A stretch of 57,032 bases of DNA, the filler included, from Bipalium vagum (Eukaryota), in the NCBI GenBank assembly GCA_037834085.1. It is 3 parts of 3 records of this genome, joined end to end, with 100 filler letters (N's around TTAATTAATTAA, not from the genome) between each part and the next. Parts side by side here need not be neighbours in the genome. Positions count along the whole stretch, not along the records: positions 21,246 to 41,263 come from JBBMKC010262382.1; positions 41,364 to 57,032 come from JBBMKC010152997.1; 1 more part is not named here. One strand, 5' to 3'. Under the pieces are notes generated by a model. It searched no databases. It was not told the DNA's origin and worked only from the letters and a program-made list of their open reading frames with translations. Numbering within the stretch: the stretch's first letter is position 1; every line of letters begins with the position of its first letter. The position numbers and the translations under genes were made by a program. Of this stretch, positions 35,336 to 47,400 are shown piece after piece.

Positions 35336-38009
35336 TATTTTAAATTTATTTTCGGTGTGATTTATGGGTAACCAGATTTTTATTATTTTATTATAATTTG
35401 GAATTTTACTTAATTTAAATTTTTTGATTATTTTAATTAAGATGACATTAGTTACGAAAGAAGTTTTATTAATCTGGAATAGTTTTTAAAATAAAAGTTC
35501 AATAATTAATAAGTAATCAATAACTTAAATTTCTTGAAAGTGCTTTTATGTTAGGTGTTAACAATAAAAGTTTGCAAGTAAAAAAAAAGAGGAAGGCGAG
35601 AGTTCTACAAAAGGTTCTAAGCGGCCAAAATTTTAAAAATTATTTCTCTTACGCGTAAATTTGGAAACTAGAATCACAAGTTTTAGTTTATAACTCATGA
35701 AATAACGTGTATAATTGGTTTGATATGTAAATTGAGCTGACCATGAACATATTGACGTGGAGGAATCTATCAGTATATGTGGGAAAAAGCGATAACCAGA
35801 ATGAAGAAATAAGCGTGATTCCTTATAATCACCTTTTTAACAGGCGTACTCTGAGTCTAATGAGAGGTATCCTGAAGAGGGATTTACCGTGAATACATTA
35901 TACCAAAGTGAGCATCGGCTTTGAAGGGAAGCTCGTGATCCCAATATTAGAATCAAATTCGGAATCACTGGTTTTTTCATCATTAACATCCATCCTTTGA
36001 ATTATCGGTGTCTTGATTCTAAATTATAAATATCTCTACTGTGGGACTCCAAAAGGAAAAGAGAAGGCTGATCTCAAAATTAAGTAATCAAATAAAATGA
36101 AATCAGCAAAATATTATAATCATTAAAACATTTGATATATTTATTATAAGAGTTTTTTTTATTATCATCAAGTGCTCAATACATTCGTTTTACTTTAAAT
36201 TCATTATATTTGATATTTGAGAATTGAATATTTTTCTTAATTAATATAAAATAAAAATTAATTAATCACAATAATTATTTTAATAATAATTGTTGTTAAA
36301 AAAATAATAAATTGTGGTTAAATATCAAATAAAATCCTAATCCGCCAAGAATTTTAAAATAAAATAATTAAAATTTAATATAAAAAGAATAAAGAGCAAA
36401 ATAATAAATAAATAAAATTTAAGCATATCATTTTAAATTAAAATCCATAAGAATCAAAATTTAATATTTTCTATAAGTTACAAATAATTCTAAGTCATTT
36501 TTGGCTTTTAAATTAATGCTACAATATGGTAGAGGGAAAGTACCCACAAGTACATGTTCTGGGCACACGTGATAATATCAATAATAAAATAATAGGTAAA
36601 AAATGATAATAATAATAATTTAACATGATTTTTATAAAATTATAATAAAATATAAAATATTTACGTGAAGAAGGCATACACACACTGATATGAAAAACAT
36701 TTACACACGCTGAATAAATGTAGAGTCAAATTAAAAAATCAAAGCGCGAGAAAATAATGCTTGAAGTGCAGCTTGCGAGAGAAAGTAATTATAAAAAAAG
36801 TCTAATTTTCATTAAATTTAGCAAATTTTTTTAGTTTTTAATAAGTTAAAAAACAATTTTATAAATTCTGAAAAGAAAAAAGTTAAATAGAATTTTATAG
36901 AAAAATTATTTAAAAATTGAATTTTATAATATCAAAATATTACTGATATTCAGTAAGTAAATTTGTATTCACACTTAATTAATTAGTTATTTCGAAGAAC
37001 GAGAATATAATTTCCAGTTTCTACCTTTTTTTAAAGAAAGAGCTTCCAACATCTTTTTTTGTTTTTTCTTACATCCACGGTCCAGTGATTTAGTCATTTG
37101 ATTCGTGTTTTCTTCAAAGAAGTCTTTTTCCTAGTATTCTTCATAGTGTGGATTGACTGCTTTAAATAATTATTGTCATTTTGATCATTTTGATCATTTA
37201 CTAATCACGTCAGTTTGTAAAAGTTTGTATCTGTATTTTTGTTTTTATATTATAATAATCAATAAATAATGTAAAAAATTTTCATTTTTTAATATTCTGT
37301 TAATGTAAAATAAATATAAAGCAAATGTCAACTAAGTGATAACTTTGCCAGTGTTCAGCCCCAACAGAATTATTACTCAGCTTCATCAATATATTCAGTC
37401 ACTAGTTTATTTAAATGGTCGGTAAGTAAAATTAAGTATTTAAAATACGTTCCAGCTTTATCTCCAGAGACCAAATTTGTACCATTAAATGTGAAATTCT
37501 TCTGGGAGTCCATTAAGTTGCTTAAGAGATTACGGACCGGAATCTGGAATGTTATGAACCTCTCATTCGCGTTTTGCTTAATTTCTGCTAAGTATAATAT
37601 AATCTCTAGAAATGATTTTTCCACTATAAATGTTTCTTTGAACCAATTTCTGGGCTCTTTTTCCTTTTTACATTTTTCAATAATGTAGCAGCTTTTTCTG
37701 ATAGCAAACGATCAAAACACCCATCTAGCATAAATCATTTATGCGGAAAAAATCGTCGATTTCTTTTTTTCAGCGTTCTACTTCTGACTTTTTCAGTCCA
37801 TAAAAAATACTGATTTGAAAAACTAATAAATCCTGTCTTTTTTGGTAAAGAATCTAGAAGCTTCATTCTTTCTTGTCTTCTAATGACACTAATATTTTCA
37901 GTCTAGTCTCATGTTAGATCTTCGTTTACATTCATTAATAAAACGGATTCCAGTTCAAAAAAGAATTTATTTAAAAAAGTATTATCTAATCTCTAATTAT
38001 AATTATATA

Positions 38010-39215
38010 CGTGGTATTATCCAAAACCTCGTGGACTTAATGTTTTTTATATTATATATCCATTTTTTTGTTATATAATGGATTCAATTGATTTGGAGTT
38101 CAGTGCTATAATTAAATACTTGCTTAAGAAAAATGAGTGGGAATGAAATAGTTGATGAATTGAAGTTTCTTAAAAATGAAATTCCGACAAAAAGCTTCAT
38201 TTAAAAATCCATATCAGAAATCCGTCGAGGAAAGACTTCTGTTTTTCAGAGAATAGTGGAGGAAGACCAACAGAAATCGGATAAGTTAAAAAGCAGAAAT
38301 TAATAAAATTTTAAAAGTGAAAAGAAGGATGACTGTCAGAGATTTAGCAACTCGAGTTCGTGTTGGGTATAGTACTTATCATAGAATGTTAAAATTGATT
38401 GGTGTTAGGAGATTGGTATCAAGATTTCCGCCAAGATTTCTCACTGCTGACATAATGCAGAGAAGATTTCAGTGCTGTCGTGAATCCCTTCAACTTCTTG
38501 AAAAATATGGTGACAGATTTAAATTCAATATACTTACTGAGGATGAAACTACTTTAAATTTTTTATTCTTGAAACCAAAGGAAGAAAGCCGTGAATGGAA
38601 ATTTTTGGATGAAAAACCAAGCCGCAAAAAATTCTCAACCGATTCAAGGTATGGACGTTGTTTTATGATGTTAATTATTTTGGCTATTCATGGTGTAGTA
38701 TTGATGGATTTTCTCACAAGACGAGCAACGCTAAATTCTGTCTATTATGTTGATCTATTTTAGCAAGCACAATCTTAAAAGAACAAAGCGGACTTCCTTA
38801 TTGTTTTCTGTAATGATTCAATTCGAACATCCAAACGACGTCAAGGAGCTCTTCAAAATCTGAATATTGTTCAACTCAACACTCCAGCATATAGTCCTGA
38901 TTTGGCGCCATCAGATTTTTTCTTATTTCTTCATCTTAAAAAGAATTTACGTGGTAAACTTTTTGACATTCAACCTGAGCTTAATAGCCACGTCGAAAAA
39001 TATTTTAATTCACTGTCCCTAGATCATTTTCAAGAAGCTTTTCATGAACTAGCAATCCAATGGCAAAACTGCATTGACAATCAAGGTTCTTATATAGAAA
39101 AATAATCAAGCTCATAAATTTTCTTCTGTACTATACTTGAAATAAAATAAAATTGGTTGAATTATTCCATCCTTTTCTTACGTAGTCCGTCCACGATGTT
39201 TTGGATCGCACCACA
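38010..39215 (+). mobile_element. mariner (DD34D) element, full-length relic
   Basis: 27-bp TIRs CGTGGTATTATCCAAAACCTCGTGGAC and (rc) TGTGGTGCGATCCAAAACATCGTGGAC. ORFs 38317-38763 (RRMTVRDLA...SRFPPRFLT...ILTEDETTL) and 38902-39105 (PAYSPDLAPSDFFLF). Stops and frameshifts. Confidence 0.9.
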
Positions 39216-39329
39216 CATAAGGGATTCAATTTAATCGTATTACATTTAAATTTAGATAATAATTTAATATTTCTTATTGAAATTCTATTTGGCAAACACA
39301 CCAGACACTGCTTGTTCAGTATGACCAAA

Positions 39330-39600
39330 TCATCAAAGCTAAAGAGGCCTGACGAAAGATTCTAAAAATCTATCCTCACGAAGGATTCTCTGTTAGTCAA
39401 TGGTAAAATTGGTTTAGAGAATTTAAAGATGGCAACAGAAGTCTTAAAGATTTCCCGAGAGAACAGACTGTCCATCCGTGTTCGACTTTGACAAGCTAAA
39501 GCAACTGAATGATGTGAACCCAAGACAAAATACTGAAGAGTTGGCCATAATTTTCGATTGTCATGTGGAGTTGATATGAATTCATTTACATAAAATCACA
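39330..39600 (+). mobile_element. mariner N-terminal fragment
   Basis: KAKEA*RKILKIY...NWFREFKDGNRSLKDFPR...DFDKLKQLNDVNPRQNTEELA...IHLHKI. Confidence 0.75.
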
Positions 39601-40442
39601 AAATAGCAATTCTTATCACATACTATATCCTGATAAACTAAAAACACCTCTCCAAATCGTATTCTTAATACGTTTCACTTCCAAAAATATCTCAGTTATT
39701 TCCTTCTTTTACGTTTCTATTGTCCCTAAATAATAGGAAAATGATAAAATACTAATAGGCTTATGCTACCGATACAATAATGATAATATTTAATTCATGA
39801 AAATACTGATAAATACAATAAAAGTAAGTACAATAAAAACAAAAAATCGATAAGAGCGGTAAAAATATCATTAAGGAACGTCTCATCAAATTAGGAAAAT
39901 AGGACCAGGCTCCTCATTCAAGAACAATTTCCTTTATGCAGTCATTCGTAGTCGATTGAGCTCCATAAGGTCTAAACATACAAGAGAATAACGGATAATA
40001 TTCAGTCTTTTAACAATTTTTTACGTTTTTTTATTTCAAAAATACGAATACTTTTTCCAGCAATATTTCTCCAATAGTTCGCCAATAGTTCGCCAATACT
40101 TCAATAATTGAAAATATTTCAATAGCTACATTTGCTATTTTTATGATAGCTTCTTTCTTAGAGCCTCAAATAAATGGTGACAGCCTCTAGTACTTGAAAA
40201 AAGTGAATTTGCTTGGTCAGCCAATGTTTGCGTAAAGGAAAAACTATTGATTATTATTGTGAGCACCATTAGCTACCTTAGGGTCTTTTATTTCTTTCAG
40301 CACAATGTATTCCTTGATGATGAATGGTAATCATCTGGGTTAGACATAAACATTGTCAGTGAACAATGGTTATAATACCACACAGTCTTTCACTACTTGA
40401 TTTGTTTACTAATGATTAATAAATGAAGCTATATTCTACAAT

Positions 40443-40776
40443 TGTTGGTGATAATCGTCCTTGATGGATTTTAAGGCTTTTAATTGTTAGGGTTTTATTA
40501 TAAAAATTTTTCTCGGTTTTATGCTCAGGTCCTCGATAACACTTAGGGTGTTAAATAAGAACAAAAAAGAAAAAAGGTAAAAGAAGTGGGAATGCAAAAA
40601 ATTATATGATCCTCAAGTCCTGACTAGAGTATTTATTTAGTTAATTATGATAAACTTTATTTTAGCTTAGAAAAGAATCTAAGTAATTAATCTAAGTAAG
40701 TAAGTTTATCTAGTAATTAATAAAAGATTATCTTCAATATAGATTTAATTTTTATTATTATAATTGTCTTCTAACA
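40443..40776 (-). mobile_element. probable solo LTR (homologous to 6271-6530)
   Basis: TGTTGG...CTAACA termini and a minus-strand AATAAA. Homologous to the 6.3-kb copy. No clear TSD. Confidence 0.45.
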
Positions 40777-41263
40777 CTTATTGCCTGAGTAGCCTGAAAT
40801 ACTAAGGCTCAATAGTATGAGGGCAAAAGGAAAATAAGTATTAGGAAATATTGTGTTCTATTTTTATTAATTTTCTTATTGTATTGTTTCAAAGAAATGG
40901 TAAAATATCTTTTTATTGTGGTGGAATATATTCTAGTGTATTTTTTCTGAGGGGGTAGATCCCGAAAACCTCGCATATACTCCAACAACCCTAGTATATT
41001 CCGAGAAACAATATAAAGTCTTGTAATTTTTTAGTTTTGTTCTGTGATATAATTTTTTCAAGGTAAGGCATAGGGTTATTTCTTGGATAACGAAAGGATG
41101 ATGTGCGGGGTGAGTTGGGATATAAAACCTCTAGACTCAGATAAGGACAAGTGTTTGGTTAAGTTTGCTGGTTGTATGTGTGCATATATGTTGATTTAGG
41201 GGAAGAAGACCTGCGCAGCCGATGAAGGGCAGAACTAAGTAATTCTTTGTCTATATTTTCATA

Positions 41264-41363
41264 NNNNNNNNNNNNNNNNNNNNNNNNNNNNNNNNNNNNN
41301 NNNNNNNTTAATTAATTAANNNNNNNNNNNNNNNNNNNNNNNNNNNNNNNNNNNNNNNNNNNN
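41264..41363. other. artificial contig-joining gap with six-frame stop linker
   Basis: 44 N + TTAATTAATTAA (41308-41319) + 44 N. Confidence 0.97.
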
Positions 41364-41435
<72 letters not shown>

Positions 41436-41463
41436 TAAATAATAAAAAAATAATAAAATAATA
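41364..41463. repeat. (AAT)n microsatellite at contig end
   Basis: More than 20 AAT units; probable cause of the assembly break. Confidence 0.95.
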
Positions 41464-41489
41464 CGTTTAAAATTTATGATTGTTATAAG

Positions 41490-44400
41490 ATTTTAAGTAT
41501 CCTTACGCTTCGAACTATTTCCAAAGCCTTTACAAAGCATCCAGGGCTGGATCTCAGACGATTATTGATCGGAACTGATCGTTTTTTAAATGGTTTTATT
41601 GATTATATGGAAATGAATATGGGACCTCTTCTCAATTCTGTTTTCTGTGTTCCAATGCAATATTCTCTTCGCCAGGAACTTCTCAATACGATCAGCCAAA
41701 ACTCAAAAGTCAACGTAAGTCTTAATTTAGATTTGGCCCTAAAACGAATCATTTAAGTTTTGGTTAATATTAGTTATTAAATATTATTATTACTAATTAT
41801 TATTATTAATTTTATTTTGTACCTAATAAAATTTCAGATAATTTTTTTACAGAGCTTCATCTTTATTCTTAATAAAATTGGAAGAATTTTCTTTAAAATT
41901 TGTTAAATAAAATTGCTAAGATGAACTTTAAATCGTGACTAACGAAAACTGATTTCGTGAACTCTGTTCTTCTTATCGACGTTAATTGGATCACGTGACG
42001 CCCAGCATTCAACTCCTGCCTAATAATAATAATCTTACTATTTTCATCTCGACAAAAAATTTTCAAAAAAATCAATCAGTATATGAAAAGTTTTATTTAC
42101 CATGTTTATTCTGTGTGAGTTTCGAATAACTGCTAAATATGGTTTGTCCTTAAATGAAATCAATAATTATCTAAAAATGATTAAGAAATAAACTTTATCA
42201 AAACTAACTATTTCTCTCAGATTCAATATAACATTGGTAATAAAATTCTACACGATGTGGCAACGATTAGCGTAAGATAACCGTCCAAGTAGTACAGATA
42301 AAACAATATATTTACTTGTGTTATACTGACATTGACTCAATCCTTTCGAGTCATTGTGTATTACAGGGTCGAGATCCGAACACGTGCCGAGGACAAAAAC
42401 AGGTTTTCAAATCAAGATTCAAAATGATATTTTATTTCAAAAAATATTAGTTGAACAAATTATTTTCGAAATGATTTGTTCAAGATGCGATAGAAGCTCG
42501 GAAACTTTTGTAATAAATTTTATTTGACAATATTTATTTTAATTATAAACAATGGATAAAAAGGTAGAGAAATACATAAAATTTTATTGTTATGAAATAA
42601 TTCTTAAAATATCCTCCAATAGCATCGAAGATGCTGTGAGAATTAGTCAATGGAGATTCGCATTGTTTTTTCGTCTAGTTTATTCCAATGGTTTACCGAT
42701 TCTAGCATCAAAGACTCAAGCGATTTGTGACTTAGGACAAGTCTTTATCTCAAGACATTCTCACGTTTCGTAGTCGAAGAAATTACAACCTGGTGAATAT
42801 GGTAGCCATTTTTTTGTGAGGCGATAAATATCAGTAAGATTTTTTCGAAAACTTTGTTATTTGTTGGAAAACCCACTGTTGATTTGGATATGTCTTCTGG
42901 CTTTATAGTATCAATATCGATTAAAAAACATCACTTTCGTAATTCTGTGAATTTAAAATTAAAATACCACTAAAAGTTGAAATTTAACCACTAATTAAGG
43001 ATAAATGTTAATGAAAATGAAATTTAAAGAAACGATTGTTAAATAATATTTAAAGAAAAATAGAGCTATAAAGCAACTTTATTCAGCTATCTTGTAGCTC
43101 CTAGGAACTAAAATGCAATCCTACTGAGACGTTAAAAAATTTAAGCACCTGTTAAAAAACAATTTATTTGTAAAATTCTCAATAAAACAAAGTCATCAAC
43201 TTATAAGTGTTAATATTTTAATATTAACCAAGTTAGTAATTATCTTATTCCAATATCTTATACTGGAAGTTGCTATGCAAATAAAAGCGATCATCAATTT
43301 TTAATATCTTATGTTTCAACATTGCTCTTCTTGGACACAGTTGTCAGTTTGTTCTGTCTATCAAGCAAAAGGTAGAACAACTAGAAAATATTTAACGATT
43401 TTTATGAAAAGCTGATCAATTCGGTAGTTGGGTGTCAAAAATTTTGAGAAACATTTTACTTCTGTTAGGCCTAGATATCTTCCAAATGCGCTAATTTCTA
43501 AAATTATATTAAGTCAATCTTGAATCTTTTGAAAGAAATAATTTATTTTCTTTATATAAACGGAGATGATATATTAATTAAATACAGGGTGCTTGAGTTA
43601 TTTGAGGACAAAAATTGATATTAAAGGTAAATAATATTTTTAATGAGAAGAAAGTATATTTTTAGGCAATATTAGAAACTTTTTTTTTAAGTACATAAGT
43701 TTTATTTATTCAATAAAGTCGCCTTCAGTGTCAAATACAGCTTCAAGACGGCTCCTGAAAAGCGTACAATCCGCAATCAAATGGTGTTTGTTCATATTTA
43801 TCATAGCAGAACTTATAGAAACCCGTAATAAATCTTTAGTATTATGAGGATGTTTGTTCGTCTCCTTCTCTACGACGCCCTATACGAAGTAGTTCAAAGA
43901 ATTTAAATCGGGTAAGGTAGATGGCCATAAGTTTGGAGTGACATGGTCGTTAAAATTTAGCGACATCCATTTTTGTGTTTTTAATGCTGTATGACAGGGA
44001 GCTGAGTCTTGTTGGAACACATAACATTTTCAATCAAGGGCTTCACATATGTATTCAGAAACTCGAAATTCGTTAATTCTAAGTCCCTGTGGAAAGAAAT
44101 ACCGAGGAATAATATCACCTTCGTTGCTCACAACATACAATATCATTAAAGATGATGGAAACTTGGTGTGCATAACATTAGGGACTTGAGAAGCATTGGA
44201 GCCCAGCCATCGATCGTTCCTCCTATTAACCTTTTGATCTTGAGTAAAAAGTTTTTCATCAGAAAAGAACCATAGCATATTTGGATGAACAGGATGCTCG
44301 ATTTTGTTTAAAAGACACTTCGAATGGATTAAACGATTATCTTTGCTTTTTGCGATAAAAATGTCTTCTTCTCATGACGTAGGACTTGCATTTTAAATCA

Positions 44401-47400
44401 TTGTGTATGTGAGAATCTAAAAATATCTGAGTAACATATTTAATTTTTTAATTTAATTTGCAATATATTGAGCTAAAAGATTTTAATAATTAAATAAAAG
44501 TATAAATTAAATTTTGAATAAAAACAAGTATAAATTTTAAAGCTCAATATATTCGAATTAAATGCGAAAATTTTATATGTGAAAAGTATTAAAATTTCAT
44601 TTGTTTTAATAACAAATTAAACAAATAAGAAAACGGTTTGAATAAATAAATTTTTATGGAGACTAATGATTTTTTAGCAACCACTAACAGTGTACCATTC
44701 ATCTTACTGTTGATTGAGAAACCGGTAGTCAATGGACAATTTCTCTCATTGATTTTCCGGGACTTTCATGAACAACAACCTGGACTTTTTGAAAAAAATT
44801 AACATTTCTGACAATGTCTGAACGTGATGAATGTGTTTTTCTTTTACATGTAGTGGAAACATTTCCATCAGATGCCAAACATTCCTTTCTAATTTTATTG
44901 ACAAACGATCTGGCCACATTAAGAAATTTGGATATTTCTAAATCACTGTGTCCGGCGGCTAATGCAACAATAATTGCATGCCTTTTCTTGTGTTAATTCA
45001 AAAGTTATCTCTTCTATTTCTAAATTAAAAAATAATTATTTAATGTTGTATCAAATGAATTTTAGCACCAGTAAAACAATTCTCATGATATATTTTAATA
45101 ATTTTTATCCGTAAATAGCTGACGCACCCTGTACATGTTAATATTATTACCCGATTCCTTTGGTGGTATTTCTGACTGGTCCTAAACGTTGATTTCTTTA
45201 ACCTTCGACCATGAATAACCAAACAACATGAATGATAATATAAATAGTGCAATACTACTAATAATATATTAATAATACTATAAATTAATTAATGACCTTA
45301 TAACTTCAAAATTAATAATTGTTTCAAATTAATTAAGACACAAAAGATTAAATTGCCGTCTGTAAAAAATATTTTAGTATTATTATTTTTTTTTTATTAA
45401 TTAAGTGTTGTATTTAAGAGACAGGAAAAGGATAGTTCATGATGGAATTTCCGATTTTTATTGTATTATTTTATTGAAAAATTTTACCCAAGTAATTATT
45501 TCAATCATCAATAATATCACAACAAAAACATTATTCAACGTTGAGTTGATCGGGTTAAACCATAAAGAATTTAAATGACGCATTATATTTAAAAATTAAC
45601 ACTTCACAAGATCTAGATTCAAAATCATTAAAAAATAGTTAGGCACTTATTTCGTTTGTGATTTTTCAAATATTTTTTGTTATTAGAAATTGACAATTTC
45701 AGTAAGTCGTACATTTTGATTTTCAGAAGTTCCACTCTTTTTATATGATATTGTTTTTCGAAAATTTAACATTTTCATATTTTAAAATTGTAGGAAAATG
45801 AATTTCGATTTCGTCAGAATATCTTAATGAAACAAATCAATTTCTTTCGCTAATATACACGGAAAATTGGGTATAGTTATAGACATAATAAATTAACGGT
45901 GAGCTTAGTAGGATATAGTTTCCCACAACATTAGATTTATATCATATTTTTGATTTAAAGGACTTAATTTATTAAGCATATGGAGATGATATCTTAATGT
46001 TGAGAATTAAGTATGTCAGATTCAGGAAAAAATAATTTTGATTTGATTTTGCCCACAGTTTCTTTCTCTTACGAATCATCCTTTTTACACCCAAAAATCT
46101 ATAAAACGGATGATTTGTAAGAGAAAGAAACTGTGGGCACAGCCATAAATTAATAGCTCGATGATTTCGGAGTATTAGGAAGATCTTAAAACCTTGAAAT
46201 ATTTTTCCTAGCTTTAAAGTGTTGAAATCTATTCATAGTGAATGGAAAAAATTACTGAGGTATTATTTTAATGTTAATCTAAGCATCAAATCGTGAATTA
46301 AGATTAGGTTTTATGATAAATAATATTACTGTTAAAGTGTTTTCACTGAACTGTTGTTTTGCTTTTTAGTGATTTAATAAATCAAAACAAAATCAGTTTT
46401 GGTAATTTTCATTATGCATTTTTCAGATCCTGTTATTATTGTATTAATAAATCTTCAACGAAATCATAAAACAATTTCATATTCTAAAGCACCAACACGA
46501 TATAGTATTAACTTAAATAATAACAGTGAAAACTAATATTTATTGTTACGAAAGCATTATATATCCGTCATATTTAAACAAACCAATGTAATGTAAACAA
46601 ATAAAAGGCAATGAATTTAATACGTTAACAATTAAAATTTAAAGACATTTTTTAAAAATAGAAGGAATTTCTGTTTATAATTTAAGGTTATTCGTTTCAA
46701 AATCATTGAATGCAGAAAAAATTTCCGGTTTTATTGAAACCGAGGAAATAGGCTTGTATGTCAATTTTGTATGAAAGTAAAATTTGTTTAAATTTGTATT
46801 TTTAGAACCTATATAAAAGTAGCTTTTGTTTAAATAAATAAATGAAATTTTAAATTAAGATATGAATTTCGATTTAAATTAAAAAAGCTGGAATTTAAAA
46901 AATCATACGCCAGGAAAATTAATTTAGGGCAAATGTACATTTTGTGAATTATTTCAAAATGTGAAAAAGTTTGGGGAAACTGAAGTTGTTGTCAATATAT
47001 ATTTAACAGCATTCTTTGGAGTGTAAAGATACAACAAATGTAGCCAATTGTAGATATGGATTGTAAGATATTGTCCTTCCAATAATTAATTGAGTTAATG
47101 TTATCTGTTAAAGAAAATCATTTCGAGAACATAACGTAATGAAAACTATCGTATTCCGTTTAATGTATGTTATTTTTCCTTAATAATACAATTTTCTTTG
47201 TCTATTTTATTCAACATTTACATTTTATCTCGGTTATCATGTAACAGATGAATTAAATAATGCTCCTTTAAATTATTGGTTAAAATTATAGATTGATGAG
47301 GAATAATGTAATTCAGAAACTGTTAAGTAGATTCATTGTATTGTCAGAATTTTTTACGATAGGTCACATAGCTTATTTTTGCGAATTATTTGATGTTTGA

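Noticed and set aside
35742-35892. ABCG/white-like N-terminus (LTWRNLSVYV)
   Set aside because: No Walker A or other ABC exons found nearby; short match is probably chance.
37373-37930. Degenerate minus-strand frame (83-aa ORF plus stop-riddled upstream extension), possibly gag-like
   Set aside because: No diagnostic motif; cannot assign.
40071-40100. CCAATAGTTCG tandem repeat (about 2.7 copies) as a CRISPR-like or regulatory array
   Set aside because: Short slippage duplication with no spacers.
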